64,000 bases of DNA from Chrysomallon squamiferum (taxonomy: Eukaryota; Animalia; Mollusca), in NCBI GenBank assembly GCA_012295275.1, contig CM022667.1, forward strand, positions 4,092,001-4,156,000. The letters run 5' to 3'. The notes beneath the pieces were generated by a model. That model was given only the letters and a program-made list of their open reading frames with translations, did no database searches and was not told the DNA's origin. Below, piece by piece: positions 1 through 14,039 of this stretch. The position numbers and the translations under genes were made by a program. The first letter of the stretch is position 1, and every line of letters starts with the position of its first letter.

Positions 1-189
1 AATTTGATAAGAATTATTGAAACAAATATCATGATGGAAGTTCATCAAATTATGATATCTCCCTTAATAAGCAAGATAATCGAATGGATTCCTCCACTGA
101 ATTAAAAGATTAACAATAATGATTAATTGTTAAGGAGAAAAATAAAAAAAAAAAAAAAAAAAAAAAATTAAATAAAGAAAAAATATACA

Positions 190-1475
190 TTGCTACTACT
201 AATACTACAAGTGATACTACTACTGCTACTACTTCTAATACTGCTAATAATACAACCACTGCAACTACTGCTACTACTACTACTAATAGTACCGCCAATA
301 ATATTACCGCTGTAACTACTGCTACTACTACTACTAATAGTACCGCTGTAACTACTGCTACTACTACTACTACTACTATTACCACTGCAACTACTGCTAC
401 TACTACTACTAATACTACCGCTAATAATATTACCGCTGTAACTATTGCTACTACTACTGATAGTACTGCCACTATAACTATTGCTACAACTACTAATAAC
501 ACTGCCACTGTAACTATTGCTACAACTACTAATAACACTGCCACTGTAACTATTGCTACTACTACTAATAGTACTGCCACTGTAACTATTGCTACTACTA
601 CTAATAATACTGCCACTGCAACTATTGCTGCTACTACTAATAACACTGCCACTGTAACTATTGCTACTACTACTAATAACACTGCCACTATAACTATTGC
701 TACTACTACTAATAGTACTGCCACTATAACTATTGCTACTACTAATAATACTGCCACTGCCACTATTACTACTACTACTAATAGTACCGCTGTAACTATT
801 GCTACTACTACTAATAAAACTGCCACTGTAACTATTACTACTACTACTAATAGTACTGCCACTGCAACTATTGCTACTATTACTAATAAACTGCCATGTA
901 ACTATTGCTACTACTACTACTAATAGTACCGATATAACTATTACTACTACTACTGCTAATAGTACCACTGTAACTATTGCTACTACTACTACTAATACTG
1001 CCACTGTAACTATTGCTACTACTAATAATAAAAGTACCGATGTAACTATTGCTATTACTACTACTAATAGTACCGCTGTAACTATTGCTACTACTAATAA
1101 TAATACTGCCACTGCAACTATTGATACTTCTACTAATAATATTGCCACTGCAACAATTGCTAGTACTACTACTAATACTTCAGCTGCTACTGGTGCTGCT
1201 ACCATCACTATGATTACTAACTACAGCTACTACTACTACTGTTACTGCAACTTCTGCTGATACTACATTACTACTGTATTACTGTTAATACTACTGCTAT
1301 AATATTATTACTTTTTCTAGTTTACTATCACAACTACTATTACTAATTTTGTTGTACTACTATTACTATTAATACTATTAATTCTACTGCTACTACTACT
1401 TCTAACATTACTTCTGCTAATACTGCTGTTGCTGCTGTTACTATTACCACTATTACAACTGCAAATACACCAAAT

Positions 1476-1510
<35 letters not shown>

Positions 1511-1520
1511 ACTACTACTA
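190..1520. repeat. Degenerate (ACT/ATT/GCT)n low-complexity tract in TNF copy 1 intron 1
   Basis: Trinucleotide-periodic repeat with a higher-order unit of ~36 nt. A homologous tract lies at 15200-15920 in copy 4. Confidence 0.9.
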
Positions 1521-1720
1521 CCTCTATTAAAACAGTAAATTGTAGTAAATGAATCTGTAAACAAGAATAAATAAATTTATGAAATAGAAACAAGGTATAG
1601 GTAGGTACGAAAATACGTATATGCGTACGTAAGAACATTTTATTTGTATATCATATATTTATGCTTTTACATATCGACCAAAATATGTTGATTCTTTTCT
1701 CTAATTCTATTTATTGGCAG

Positions 1721-1826
1721 TTTGCAGAAAAACAGTACAGCCAAGACAGAGACAAACGTGAGTACTAAACCATTCTTAATATACAATCACATTCTTTAAG
1801 AATTTAGAACTAAAAACTGACATTTA

Positions 1827-1892
<66 letters not shown>

Positions 1893-1950
1893 ACACACAC
1901 CTCTCTGTGACTAATCATATAAATTCCAAGAACATTTGAAAAAGTACAAA

Positions 1951-2036
<86 letters not shown>

Positions 2037-2427
2037 AGCCAAAATGAGTACTAAACCATTATTAATATATAATAATATTCTTAATAAATTTAGAACTAAA
2101 AACTGACATTTGTTACACACACGCACACACACACACATTCACACACACACATACACACACACATACACACATCCACACACACAAACACTCACACACACAG
2201 AAGTTTATACAGACTGATGTATATATGTCATATTTTTTAGATTCTGAACAACGGGAGAATGACTTCTCAGCACATCTGCGCGAAATTGACTGGATGAGGT
2301 CAGGTGAGGTCAAAGTTCATTAACTGTTAAAGAGTTATGAGTTATTAAAATATTAAATATCATTTTTCAATGACTTATATGTTCATTATGTCACCATATT
2401 TGGTATTTATTGTACATAAATAATAAC

Positions 2428-2489
<62 letters not shown>

Positions 2490-2503
2490 TTATTATTATC
2501 ATG

Positions 2504-2551
<48 letters not shown>

Positions 2552-2598
2552 TATCAATCTATGTATCAGTCTAGCTTTAATGTAGGTGTATAGGTGTG

Positions 2599-2694
<96 letters not shown>

Positions 2695-2701
2695 CTAAAC
2701 A

Positions 2702-2752
<51 letters not shown>

Positions 2753-3163
2753 TATTCAGGTGGACAAAATATACTCCACTGGAAACAAGCCTCTTCATTC
2801 ATTGGGAAGAGTATGACGTACAAAGATGGCCGCATTCAAGTAAAAACACCAGGGACGTGTTTTATTTACGCCCATCTTGTTTTCGTGAACAACCAAACAC
2901 GAGAAGACGAAATTTTTACTCATTCCATCTGGCTTAGGAATGGCGAGAACCACGAAGAGAAATTACTCGAACTTTTCCACTCTCAGTGTAAGGTGACGTC
3001 ATCAGTTGTACCAGCAGTCTTTACTCCCACTCACCATGGTGCGCTGTTTGAACTGAAAGCTGGCGACAGTATTGAACTGCGCGTGAAAAACATTGAAAAT
3101 CTTGAACAGCAGAAAAAACACAACTTCGGAATTTATTGTTTTCAGTCATTTTTTCGAATTTAA
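1721..3163 (+). CDS. TNF superfamily ligand, copy 1 (5'-partial; exon 1 lies before the window)
   Basis: Exons 1721-1757, 2241-2303 and 2760-3163 have AG/GT borders and compatible phases. Translation FAEKQY..SAHLREIDW..LHW..MTYKDGRIQVKTPGTCFIYAHLVF..GALFELKAGDSIELRV..NFGIY matches TNF homology domain motifs (AHL, LxW, GxYxxY-like, GxxFxL..GD, FG). Confidence 0.85.
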
Positions 3164-3708
3164 TGTTACTACTACTACTACTACTACTTCTGCTGTTACT
3201 GCTTCAATTACTACTACTTCTGCTGTTACTTCTACAATTACTACTACCATTATCATTATTATTATTACTACTACTTGTACTTGCTACTGCTACTATTATT
3301 ATTATTACTATTACTACTATTACTACTTAGTATTGCTAGTACTATTATTATTATTATTACTACTACTATTATTATTATTATTATTACTACTACTACTATT
3401 ATTATTATTATTATTACTACTATTTACCACTATTATTACTATTATTATTATTATTATTACTTTTTCTATATACAATCATAATAATAGTAATAATAATAAT
3501 ATTATTATTATTATTATAAATAGAAACAGAAATAATAATAATAATAATAATATAATAATAATAATAATAAAAGTAATAGTAATGATGATGATTAAGATAA
3601 TAATTATTATCATCATCATGATAATCATCATTATTATTATTATTATTATTAGAAATAGAAACAGAAATAATAATAATAATAGTAGTAATAATAATAATAA
3701 TAGTAGTA

Positions 3709-3741
<33 letters not shown>

Positions 3742-3782
3742 GTAGCAGTAATAATAATAATAATAGTAGTAGTAATAATAAT

Positions 3783-3819
<37 letters not shown>

Positions 3820-4279
3820 TATAACATATTTAACTAATTAGACATTTGTTTCTCAGTGTAACATAGTTAGCTACATTAACGGATTATGTCAATGCTAAAT
3901 CAAAATAGCTAGATAAACCTTTATATACATACGTACCTATTTACTTATTTTTTTACATTGACTAATATTATTGTCAGTTGCTACCTTCTTAATTTTGTTA
4001 CTATTACTTATGTTTGTATTGTTTTTTTGTTTATTTCTTGACATTTATTGATGTATCAGTGAAGCTATGATGTATCTGTTGTAACAAAAACAAACATTGC
4101 ATAAACAAGCAAATAAAATAACTGAGCTTTTTATTAGCTCATTGCAGTGAAACGTATGTGTCTGTTCTAGTAATTGTTATTTTATTTTATTTATTTTTTG
4201 ATCATCATTGTCACTGATATTAGTTTTATTATTATGAGACAGATATCTATAACGTGACGATACAGTGATATTGAATCTT

Positions 4280-5490
4280 AGAGTAACTATACGATCAACA
4301 ACTCTGCCTCATAAAGACCGAACCACGCGATAACTCGAATATGGTTCAAATCTGATCAAGTCTATTCTCTCAACTAAAACTTCCTGAATTGTGTTTGTGG
4401 GCAAAATAAACGGTTTTGTTGTTGTTGTTGTTGTCATAAGATTTCGATTTAACCGCATACAGTTAAGACTTACCTGATTAAATCTGGAAGAAAAGTGATA
4501 CTGAAGCCGGTTACGTATGCATTGTGCACCTTGGTTAATCGAAGTTATTTAGACACATCACTTCCTGGTATAAAGTCAGTCACAGACTGTGTGTTGGAGA
4601 CGTTCAGTACAAAATCTGTGAAGGTTTTCAGTTGTTTATTTTAAATAATTCTCAGGCCAGAAAAAGCAAATAATCTACGATCACGTGACTTCATTTTTTC
4701 GACTATTGTTGTGATCTCGAAATAGCCTTTTCATTTATGATTCTTTATTCAGTAGTATTTACCTTTTTATTTGATTTTTCTGCGGTTTTGACAAATGCCT
4801 TGGAAGTGATGATGGAATAAATGTGTTTAGTTACAAACTGAGGGCAAAAATTAAGCTTGTTGTGTTTGAAATTTGGTTCAAAACACTCTACATACACAAT
4901 AAATAAGAACAAGGTCACTCGGTTCAGTACAAATTTACTTAAACAGACTCCTCTTTTGTTTCATATTTACTATATAAAGTCGACGCCCACATTCAAACTC
5001 ATCTTTTCCAAAGTCACTTCTTAAATCTTATCCACGTGAAATTCAACGTCAGCTCCATTTACATTTACATCATCAGACACTGTACGTAACGTTTTTAAGT
5101 ACTGGTACAATATAATTCATTATCCGTCCATTTTTTGTCCACAAGTCATCTTTATTATTATTTAGTCTTTACTAGAACTAAGATTTTACCTCGATGCTGA
5201 AGAAAACTGTAACTTGTTTAAAGAAAAAAACTAAACATCTAAAAATTAACATTTCAGATTTTCTAATTTATCCCTTCTAGATGTATTTCATCAGCTAGAC
5301 CTTTTCACTTTCATTAATTTGGTATAAAAATTACATTAGTAGTACAATTAGAAGTGAAGTTGTTAATTTTCAACGATTTTATTTTTTGTTTTTTATCATG
5401 TGAATGGTCTATCGCAAAGGAATGTAAATGTAATTTAAAGCGACATGAAAAAAATTAGACTCCATATTTACAACAGATAGTATGATATAT

Positions 5491-5552
<62 letters not shown>

Positions 5553-5680
5553 AACCTTTCACATATGAACCATAGCAATTCTCAGTAATCTATTTTTAGC
5601 TTGGAGGCTAAACCCCAACTGATTTCTAGGAAAAGAAAAACGAAACATCCTTACTTATTATTGTTTTCGAAGAAATGCAG

Positions 5681-5716
<36 letters not shown>

Positions 5717-5820
5717 TTTTTCATTTAATATGATTCACACACTGAGTGATCCCGATTGGTCCCGAGTTCTAACTCGGCGTGACTCAACAGGTGACAATCT
5801 TTTACCTCACAGGTAAACCC
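4280..5820 (+). repeat. Upstream/intergenic duplicon of the TNF cluster (copy A)
   Basis: Near-identical blocks recur at ~13021-14300 and, with internal deletions, at ~19930-20600 (e.g. ggagacgttcagtacaaaatctgtgaaggttttcagttg). Confidence 0.9.
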
Positions 5821-6010
5821 CCATTCTGGAGGTCAGGAAACACCAAATGAACAGCCACAGTTTCCCAGTTCCAGTGACAAAACACAGCCAATGAAAACTT
5901 ACAGGAAGTATTACGACTACTACTGTGATTGGTTAAAAAAAAAAATTGGCAAAGCGTCATATCTGATCTGAATCGCGTGATTCATACGACGATATCGGGC
6001 ATAAATATTT
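5760..6010 (+). promoter_or_regulatory. Putative TNF promoter (AP-1, CCAAT, ETS and TATA-like motifs)
   Basis: TGACTCA at 5780-5786, CCAAT ~5888, ACAGGAAGT at 5901-5909 and cataaata ~6000. The CCAAT/ETS/TATA-like part recurs upstream of copy 3 (~9520-9690). These are motif matches only. Confidence 0.4.
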
Positions 6011-6108
6011 CTTTAGTGAGACACCGTCTTATAACAAACATGAAACGAACAATCATGGAAGGCAGTTTGTATCTAGGCGATATACAAGTTTTCTGTGAGA
6101 AAAAAGAA

Positions 6109-9039
6109 ATGGATCATAACAACGTAAGTTTGTTTCAAAACAAAGAAGGGGAACAGAGTGACACAGTTCACAGTGGTTCCGGTTGGAGTAACACGGGCAC
6201 TGACGAGCCACTCATCAAACGAATTGAGAAGAAAATTTAGAATGTTTTGTAAATCCTGTCACAAAATGTACGCCAAGAGAGAACGTGCTGTGAAAAATAT
6301 GACAAAGAAAAAGAAACAGAAAAAGAGAAAAATAAATTCTGGATGAAGGTCATTCTGCTTTTTTGCTGTCATCGACATTTTACTGATGATATGCATAGCT
6401 CTGCTTTTCATCGCAAAACGTGTGGAGTCACAACGTCAAACCGTTGTGCAATGGGACGACGACGTCTGCATTCCGTGCAAAAATGTTTATCTCATCAACG
6501 ACGACAAAATTGACAACATCTACGACTTCGACGTTCTAGAAGATGGAAACATGTGCTGTCCTGGTCGTGAGAAAAACCTGATCGACATCGTAACAAAGGT
6601 TTTTATTTTTATTATTATTATTATTAGTAGTAGTAGTAGTAGTAGTAGCAGTACTAGCAGCATCAGCAGCAGTAGTATTGTTATTATTGTTGTTGTTAAT
6701 GGTTTATAAATTGGGTATTATATGGGTTTACAAATGCTATTTTTAGCAAAGGAAGTTATTTAACTTTTTACGAGAATTCAGTGATGTAAAATTAGATTTC
6801 TAATTACCTCTGCAGGAAGAGCAACTTATTTTGATAATAAAAAATGTTTCGAGATACGATTTAATTTTCGCATTCGGGTTTTCTGTAATAATAATGCACA
6901 ACAAAATTTTTCATTAATAATTTTCTTCTTCTTCTTCTTCTTCTTATTATTATTATTATTATTATTTTATTTTATTTCGATTTTTACTTGGTGTTTTCAA
7001 TTTTTGTAATATGATAAACATTATTGAAACAAGTATAATGATCGATGTTCATTAAATTATGATATCTCTCTTAATAAGCACGATAACGGAATGGATTCCT
7101 CTACTGAATTAAAAGATTAACAATATTGATTAATTCTACCTACAAACACAGTATTTTCATATTCTAATTTTCTGTAAAAAGATGTGCAACACACACTTTC
7201 TTTTTCTATCTTAAGGGAAAAAAAGGAAAAAGAAGAGAAAAGAAAAGAAAAGTTAAATGATTATTCAGTTAAACAGTGTTATACACTAAAATAAAAATTA
7301 TTAACACTGAAACTATCTCTACTAGCACATACTGTTACCACTGCCACACACTGTTACCACTGCCACATACTGCTACTGCTGCCACATACTGTTACCACTG
7401 CCACATACTGCTACTGCTGCCACATACTGTTACCACTGCCACATACTGCTACTGCTGCCACACACTGCTACTGCTGCCACACACTGTTACCACTGCCACA
7501 CACTGCCACACACTGCTACTGCTGCCACACACTGTTACCACTGCCACACACTGTTACCACTGCCACACACTGCTACTGCTGCCACACACTGTTACCACTG
7601 CCACACACTGTTACCACTGCCACACACTGCTACTGCTGCCACACACTGCTACTGCTGCCACACACTGTTACCACTGCCACACACTGTTACTGCTGCCACA
7701 CACTGTTACCACTGCCACACACTGCTACTGCTGCCACACACTGTTACCACTGCCACACACTGTTACTGCTGCCACACACTGTTACCACTGCCACAGACTG
7801 CTACTGCTGCCACACACTGTTACCACTGCCACACACTGTTACCACTGCCACACACTGCTACCACTGCCACACACTGCTACTGCTGCCACACACTGTTACC
7901 ACTGCCACACACTGTTACCGCTGCCACACACTGCTACCGCTGCCACACACTGTTACCACTGGCACACACTGTTACCACTGCCACACACTGCTACTGCTGC
8001 CACACACTGCTACTGCTGCCACACACTGTTACCACTGCCACACACTGCTACCGCTGCCACACACTGTTACCACTGCCACACACTGCTACTGCTGCCAGAC
8101 ACTGCTACTGCTGCCACACACTGTTACCACTGCCACATACTGTTACCACTGGCACATAATCTTACTTCTAGTAATACTAGCACAATTACTATTACTGTTA
8201 TTACTATTAATACTTTTAATTCTACTTCTAGTACTACTTCTAAAATTATTATTAGTAATGCTACTACTACTAATACTGCTGTTACTACTGTTACTATTAC
8301 CACTAGTATAACTGCTGATGCTGCTACTACTACTACTACTACTTCTATTACTACTACTAACACTCCTACTAAATCCGAACTGCTCTATTAAAACAATAGT
8401 TTACAAAATCAATCTCTAAACAAAGAATAAATCAATTTATGAAATAAAAACGAGATATGTAGGTACGAACGTACGTATACGTGCATGTAGATACGTTTTA
8501 TTTACATATGAATGAGATATGCACGTAGGCACCTATTATCAACAAAAATATGTTGATTCCATTCAATAATTCTATTTATTCGCAGTTTGCAGAAAAACTG
8601 TACAGCCAAGAAAGAGCCAAAAGCGAGTACTAAATCATTATTAATATACAATAATATTCTTTAAGAATTTAGAATTATTGACATTTCTGACATATACACA
8701 CATGCATATACATATATATATTCGTACGCAGTATACATACTCCCATACACACACACACACAAACAGACTCACGTATATATGTCATATTTTTTCAGATTCT
8801 GAATTATCTTATAATGGAGAAAATGACCTCTCAGCACATCTACGCGAAACTGACTGGGCGAGGTCAGGTGAGGTCAAAGTTCATTAAAGCTTAAACGGTA
8901 ATGTGTTATTAAAAATATTGAATATAATACAGATATGTTCATTGTTTTACCATACATTAGCTATTTATTTTACATAAGAAATATAATTTACAAGTCTGTT
9001 TGTTAGTTTGTGTTGGTGTATCTTGGGTGTGTAGGTGTG

Positions 9040-9079
<40 letters not shown>

Positions 9080-9302
9080 AGAGAGAGAGAGAGAGAGTGA
9101 GAGAGAGAGAGAGAAAGTGAGAGAGAGTGAGTGAGTGTGAGTGTGTGTGTGAGTGTGTGAGTGAGTGTGTGAGTGAGTGAGTGAGTGTGTGAGTGTGTGA
9201 GTGAGTGTGTGAGTGAGTGTGTGTGAGTGTGTGAGTGTGTGTGTGAGTGTGAGTGAGTGTGTGAGTGTGTGAGTGAGTGTGTGAGTGTGTGAGTGTTAAA
9301 CA

Positions 9303-9335
<33 letters not shown>

Positions 9336-9364
9336 TTGCAGAAGGACAAAATACGCTCCACTGG
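6109..9364 (+). pseudogene. TNF superfamily ligand, copy 2 (pseudogene)
   Basis: Exon 1 (6109-6598) has three 1-nt indels relative to copy 3, near 6230, 6289 and 6360, and a premature TAG at 6238-6240. Exon 2 (8586-8622) has a GC donor. Exon 3 is 8796-8867. Exon 4 matches the paralogues only for 9342-9364 (GQNTLHW), and the rest of the TNF domain is absent. Confidence 0.85.
7325..8155. repeat. 19-bp minisatellite (ctgccacacactgttacca / ctgccacacactgctactg), ~40 copies
   Basis: Directly visible tandem array with two interspersed unit variants, in TNF copy 2 intron 1. Confidence 0.95.
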
Positions 9365-9774
9365 AATGAACAAAGACGAAATTATCTCACTTCGTCACAA
9401 TCGCAGTGGCTAACAGTTTATTCCGAGAAACGATAAAATCGATAAAAATAAGACGGCTTCTTTGAAACCTTTCTTATTACTGTCCACGGATTTCGAGGAA
9501 AAATGAAATAAAACAAAATAATCTTTTATCTCACAGGTAAACCCCCATTCTGGAAGTCACTAAACACCAAATGAACAGCCACAGTTTCGCAGTTCCAGTG
9601 ACAAAACACAGCCAATTAAAACTTACAGGAAGCACTACGACTACTGTGATTGGTTCACGTGTTGGATACGACGATATAGTGCATAAATATTTCAAACAAA
9701 CAATGATAGAAGGCAGTTGTATCTAGGCGATATACAAGTTTTCTGTGAGAAAAAAGAAAAAAAAAAGAAAAGAA

Positions 9775-11465
9775 ATGGATCCTAACAACGAAAGTTGGTT
9801 CCCAAACAAAGAAGGGAAACAGCGTAACGCAGAACAGAGTAGTTCAGGTAGCAACAGTTCAGGTGGCAGTGATGACAGTAACACACCACTCATCAAACCA
9901 AATAGAAAGGAAAATTTAGAAGGTTTTGTAAATCCTGACACAAAATATCAGCCAAGAGAAAACGTGCGTGAAAAATATGACAAAGAAAAAGACACAGAAA
10001 AAGAGAAAAATAAATTCTGGACACAGGTCATTCTGCTTTTTGCTGTCATCGACATTTTACTGATCATAGCTATAGCTGTGCATTTCATCCCAAAACGTGT
10101 GGAGTCACAACGTCAAACCGTTGTGCAGTGGGACGACGACGTCTGCATTCCGTGCAAAGATGTTTATCTCACCGACGATGACAAAACTGACAACATCTAC
10201 GACTTCGACGTTCGAGAAGATGGAAATATGTGCTGTCCTGGTCGAGAGAAAAACCTGATCAACATCGTAACAAAGGTTTTTATTATTATTTTTATTTTAT
10301 TTTTTATTATTGGTCTTGTTGTTGTTATTGTTGTATCTATTTATAAATCGGATATTACATGGGCGTAATATGCTATATTTAGAACTTCCTGTTCTTAAGC
10401 TTTTACGAGAAATCGTGATCTAAAATTAGATATGGAATTTCCCATAACGCTATTTAAATAATAAAAAAATGTTTCGAGATAACTTTTGATTTTCACATTC
10501 TGATTTTCTGTAACAATGACGCGCAAAAAAACAACAAAAAAACTTTTTTATTTGCAATTTTATTATTTATTATTATTATTATTTATTTATTATTATTATT
10601 ATTTTTATTATTATTATTATTTTTTTGTTTTTTTGTTTTCGATGTATGTATGTATGTGTGTATGTATGTATGTGTATTATATATGAACCAAAATATGTTG
10701 ATTCCTTTCAACAATTCTATTTATTCGCAGTTTGCAGAAAAACAGTACCAGCAAGACAGAGCCAAACGTGAGTACTATATCATTATTAATATACAGTCAT
10801 ATTCTTAATAAATTTAGAACTAAAAATTGACATCTCTGACACACACACACAGACACACACACACACACATACAAATCTCTCTCTGTCTGTCTAATGACAT
10901 AAATTCCAAGAAAATTTGTAAAAGCACAAAATCACATCTCTGTTTCTCTCCGTCTCTCTCTGCCCCTGTCTGTCTCTGTCTCTGTCTCTTTCTCTCTCTG
11001 ACTTTGCATGTTTGCTTACGCACACGCACACGCACACACACACATATATAGATACATACATATATACACTTACATAAAAATATGTATTGAAATATATATG
11101 TACATACGCATATATATATTTGTATATTCCTATATAGTATACATATACCCATACATATACACATACATACTCATATTTTTTAGATCCTGAATTTCGTTTC
11201 AAATGGGAGAATGAATTCAACGGGGAGTATGACTTCTCAGCACATCTACGTGAAATTGACTTGGACAGGTCAGGTGAGGTCAAAGTTCATTAAAGGTTAA
11301 ACAGTAATGAGATATTAAAATATTAAATATGATTTTTAAATGCCAGATATGTTCATTATGTTACCATATTAGCTATTTATAAATAATAATAATAATGATA
11401 ATAATAATAATAATTTACTGGTCTGTTTATTAGATTGTGTAGCTGTAATGTGGATGTATATGTGT

Positions 11466-11507
<42 letters not shown>

Positions 11508-11513
11508 AAAACA

Positions 11514-11564
<51 letters not shown>

Positions 11565-11953
11565 AAGGACAAAGTATACTCCATTGGAAACAAGCCTCTT
11601 CATTCATTGGGAAGAATATGACGTACAAAGATGGCCGCATTCAAGTAAAAAAGCCTGGGACGTGTTTTATTTACACCCATCTTGTTTTCGCGAACAACCA
11701 AACACGAGAAGACGCAATTTTTACTCATTCCATCTGGCTTAGGAATGGCGAGAACCACGAAGAGAAATTACTCGAACTTTCACACTCTCAGTGTAAGGTG
11801 ACGTCATCAGTTGTACCAGCAGCCTTTACTCCCACTCACCAAGGTGCGCTGTTTGAACTGAAAGCTGGCCACAGTATTGAACTGCGCGTGCAGAACATTG
11901 AAAAGCTTGAACAGCAGGAAAAACACAACTTCGGAATTTATTGCTTTCAGTAA
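9775..11953 (+). CDS. TNF superfamily ligand, copy 3 (type II membrane protein, 338 aa)
   Basis: Exons 9775-10275, 10731-10767, 11184-11273 and 11565-11953 sum to 1017 nt, open. The protein has a cytoplasmic N-terminus, a TM segment (FWTQVILLFAVIDILLIIAIAVHFIP), a Cys-rich stalk (VCIPC..NMCC) and a C-terminal TNF domain (SAHL, LHW, GTCFIY, GALFEL, NFGIY). Confidence 0.9.
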
Positions 11954-12064
11954 TTTTCTGTAATTAACAAGTGGAGATGTCGGTATTTACTAAAATAAAA
12001 GGATTAAACACGCAAACACAAACTTAAAAAGTGAGGTTTAGCATATACATACATACCTTTATAT

Positions 12065-12240
12065 GAATTATGTACCTATTTACTTACTTTCTAAACAGTG
12101 TGTCATGTTTAATTGTTTTCATAAATTATGTACCTATTTACTTACTTTTTAAACAGTGTGTCATGTTTAATTGTTTTTATAAATTATGTACCTATTTACT
12201 TACTTTTTAAACAGTAGTCATGTTTAACTGTTTTTATAAA
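12065..12240. repeat. ~58-bp tandem repeat x3 downstream of TNF copy 3
   Basis: aattatgtacctatttacttactttttaaacagtgtgtcatgtttaattg occurs three times. Confidence 0.9.
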
Positions 12241-12419
12241 CATTGACTAATTTCATTTTATATAAATAAAGAAAATATTTTTTTTCTATCTGATATTTAC
12301 ATGTTTTATTTTGACCAGTGAAACTTTCAGCTACCTTGAGGTGTGTTGTATTTAGGTCTCTAACATACATACATACATACATACATACACGTATATAAAT
12401 ATGTATAAAAACAAACAAA

Positions 12420-12474
<55 letters not shown>

Positions 12475-12717
12475 TACATACATATATATATATATATTTA
12501 GAGTTATACTGATTTAGTATTAGATTATGTCAGTTTTATTTAAAGGTGTTTAATTTCTCAGTAATCGAGTTTACCTACTAAGCTAAAAATAGAACTGATT
12601 TCTCGGTGAAAATATTTCCTTTATACATCAGTCACAGCACGTCAAACGAACTCAAACATCTCGCAGTCTCAGTAGCTAAACAATACAAAAGAATCAGAGA
12701 AATTAAAATTTAAAAAA

Positions 12718-13026
12718 ATGGCTCAATGCAGAATAATTCTTTTAACAAAACGAAGGGAAAGAGAAAAAGTTTACACAACATAAATGCAGCGAGCAGTGAC
12801 GAGCGACTCGTCAGTTCAAACGTACAGGAAAACCTGGAGCAACCTTTTGTCATCATCACTGATACAAAAACATAAACAAATAGGAAAAAGAAACACGCCG
12901 GGTTGAAGAAAACATTTAAAAAAAATTCTGGATAAAGGTCACTGTTCTTTTTGTTTTCATCAATATTTTACTGCTGATCACTGTAATAACTGGGTTTTTT
13001 TTTTTTTCATTCCATAACGTGTGGAG
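12718..13026 (+). pseudogene. Degenerate TNF-ligand exon 1 relic (fifth copy)
   Basis: 12920-13026 (aaattctggataaaggtcactgttctttttgttttcatcaatattttactg..ttcattccataacgtgtggag) aligns to the TM-coding part of exon 1 with frameshifts, then switches abruptly to the intergenic duplicon. The 5' limit is approximate. Confidence 0.65.
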
Positions 13027-13942
13027 ACGTTCAGTACAAAATCTGTGAAGGTTTTCAGTTGTTTATTTTAAATAATACTCAGGCCAGAAAAAGCAAATAA
13101 TCTACGATCACGTGACTTCATTTTCTCGATTGTTGTTGCGATCTCGAAATAGCCTTTTCATTTATGATTTTTTATTCAGTAGTATTTACCTTTTTATTTT
13201 ATTTTTCTGCGGTTTTGACAAATGTCTTGGAAATAATATTGGAAGTGATGATGGAATAAATGTGTTTAGTTACAAACTGAGAGCAAAAATTAAGCTTGTT
13301 GTGTTTGAAATTTGGTTCAAAACATTCTACATACATAATAAATAATAACAAGGTCATTCGGTACAGTACAAATTCCCTTAAACAGACTCCTCTTTTGTTT
13401 GATATTTACTATATAAAGTCGACGCCCACATTCAAACTCATCTTTTCCAAAGTCACTTCTTAAATCTTATCCACGTGAAATTCAACATCAGCTCCATTTA
13501 TATTCACATCATCATACACTGTACATAACGTTTTTAAGTACTGGTACAATATAATTCATTATCCGTCCAGTTTTTGTCCACAAGTCATCTTTATTATTAT
13601 TTAGTCTTTACTAGAACTAAGATTTTACCTCGATACTGAAGAAAACTATAACTTGTTTAAAGAAAAAAAAAACTGAACCTCCAAAAATTAACATTTCAGA
13701 TTTTCTAATTTATCCCTTCTAGATGTATTTCATGAGCTAGACCTTTTCACTTTCATTAATTTGGTAAAAAAAATATATTAGTAGTACAATTAGAAGTGAA
13801 GTTGTTAATTTTCAAAGATTTTATTTTTTGTTTTTTTATCATGTGAATGGTCTATCGCAAAGGAATGTAAATGTAATTTAAAGCGATATGAAAAAAATTA
13901 GACTCCATATTTACAACAGATAGTATGATATATCAAGGGGGG

Positions 13943-14039
<97 letters not shown>

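Noticed and set aside
110-1260. Long Val/Ser/Thr-rich ORFs on both strands (250, 346 and 129 aa)
   Set aside because: They are translations of a trinucleotide low-complexity tract inside TNF intron 1.
7276-8391. 371-aa Cys/His-rich ORF resembling a metal-binding protein
   Set aside because: It is a read-through of a 19-bp minisatellite, with the peptide cycling through three frames. It is intronic and absent from the paralogues.
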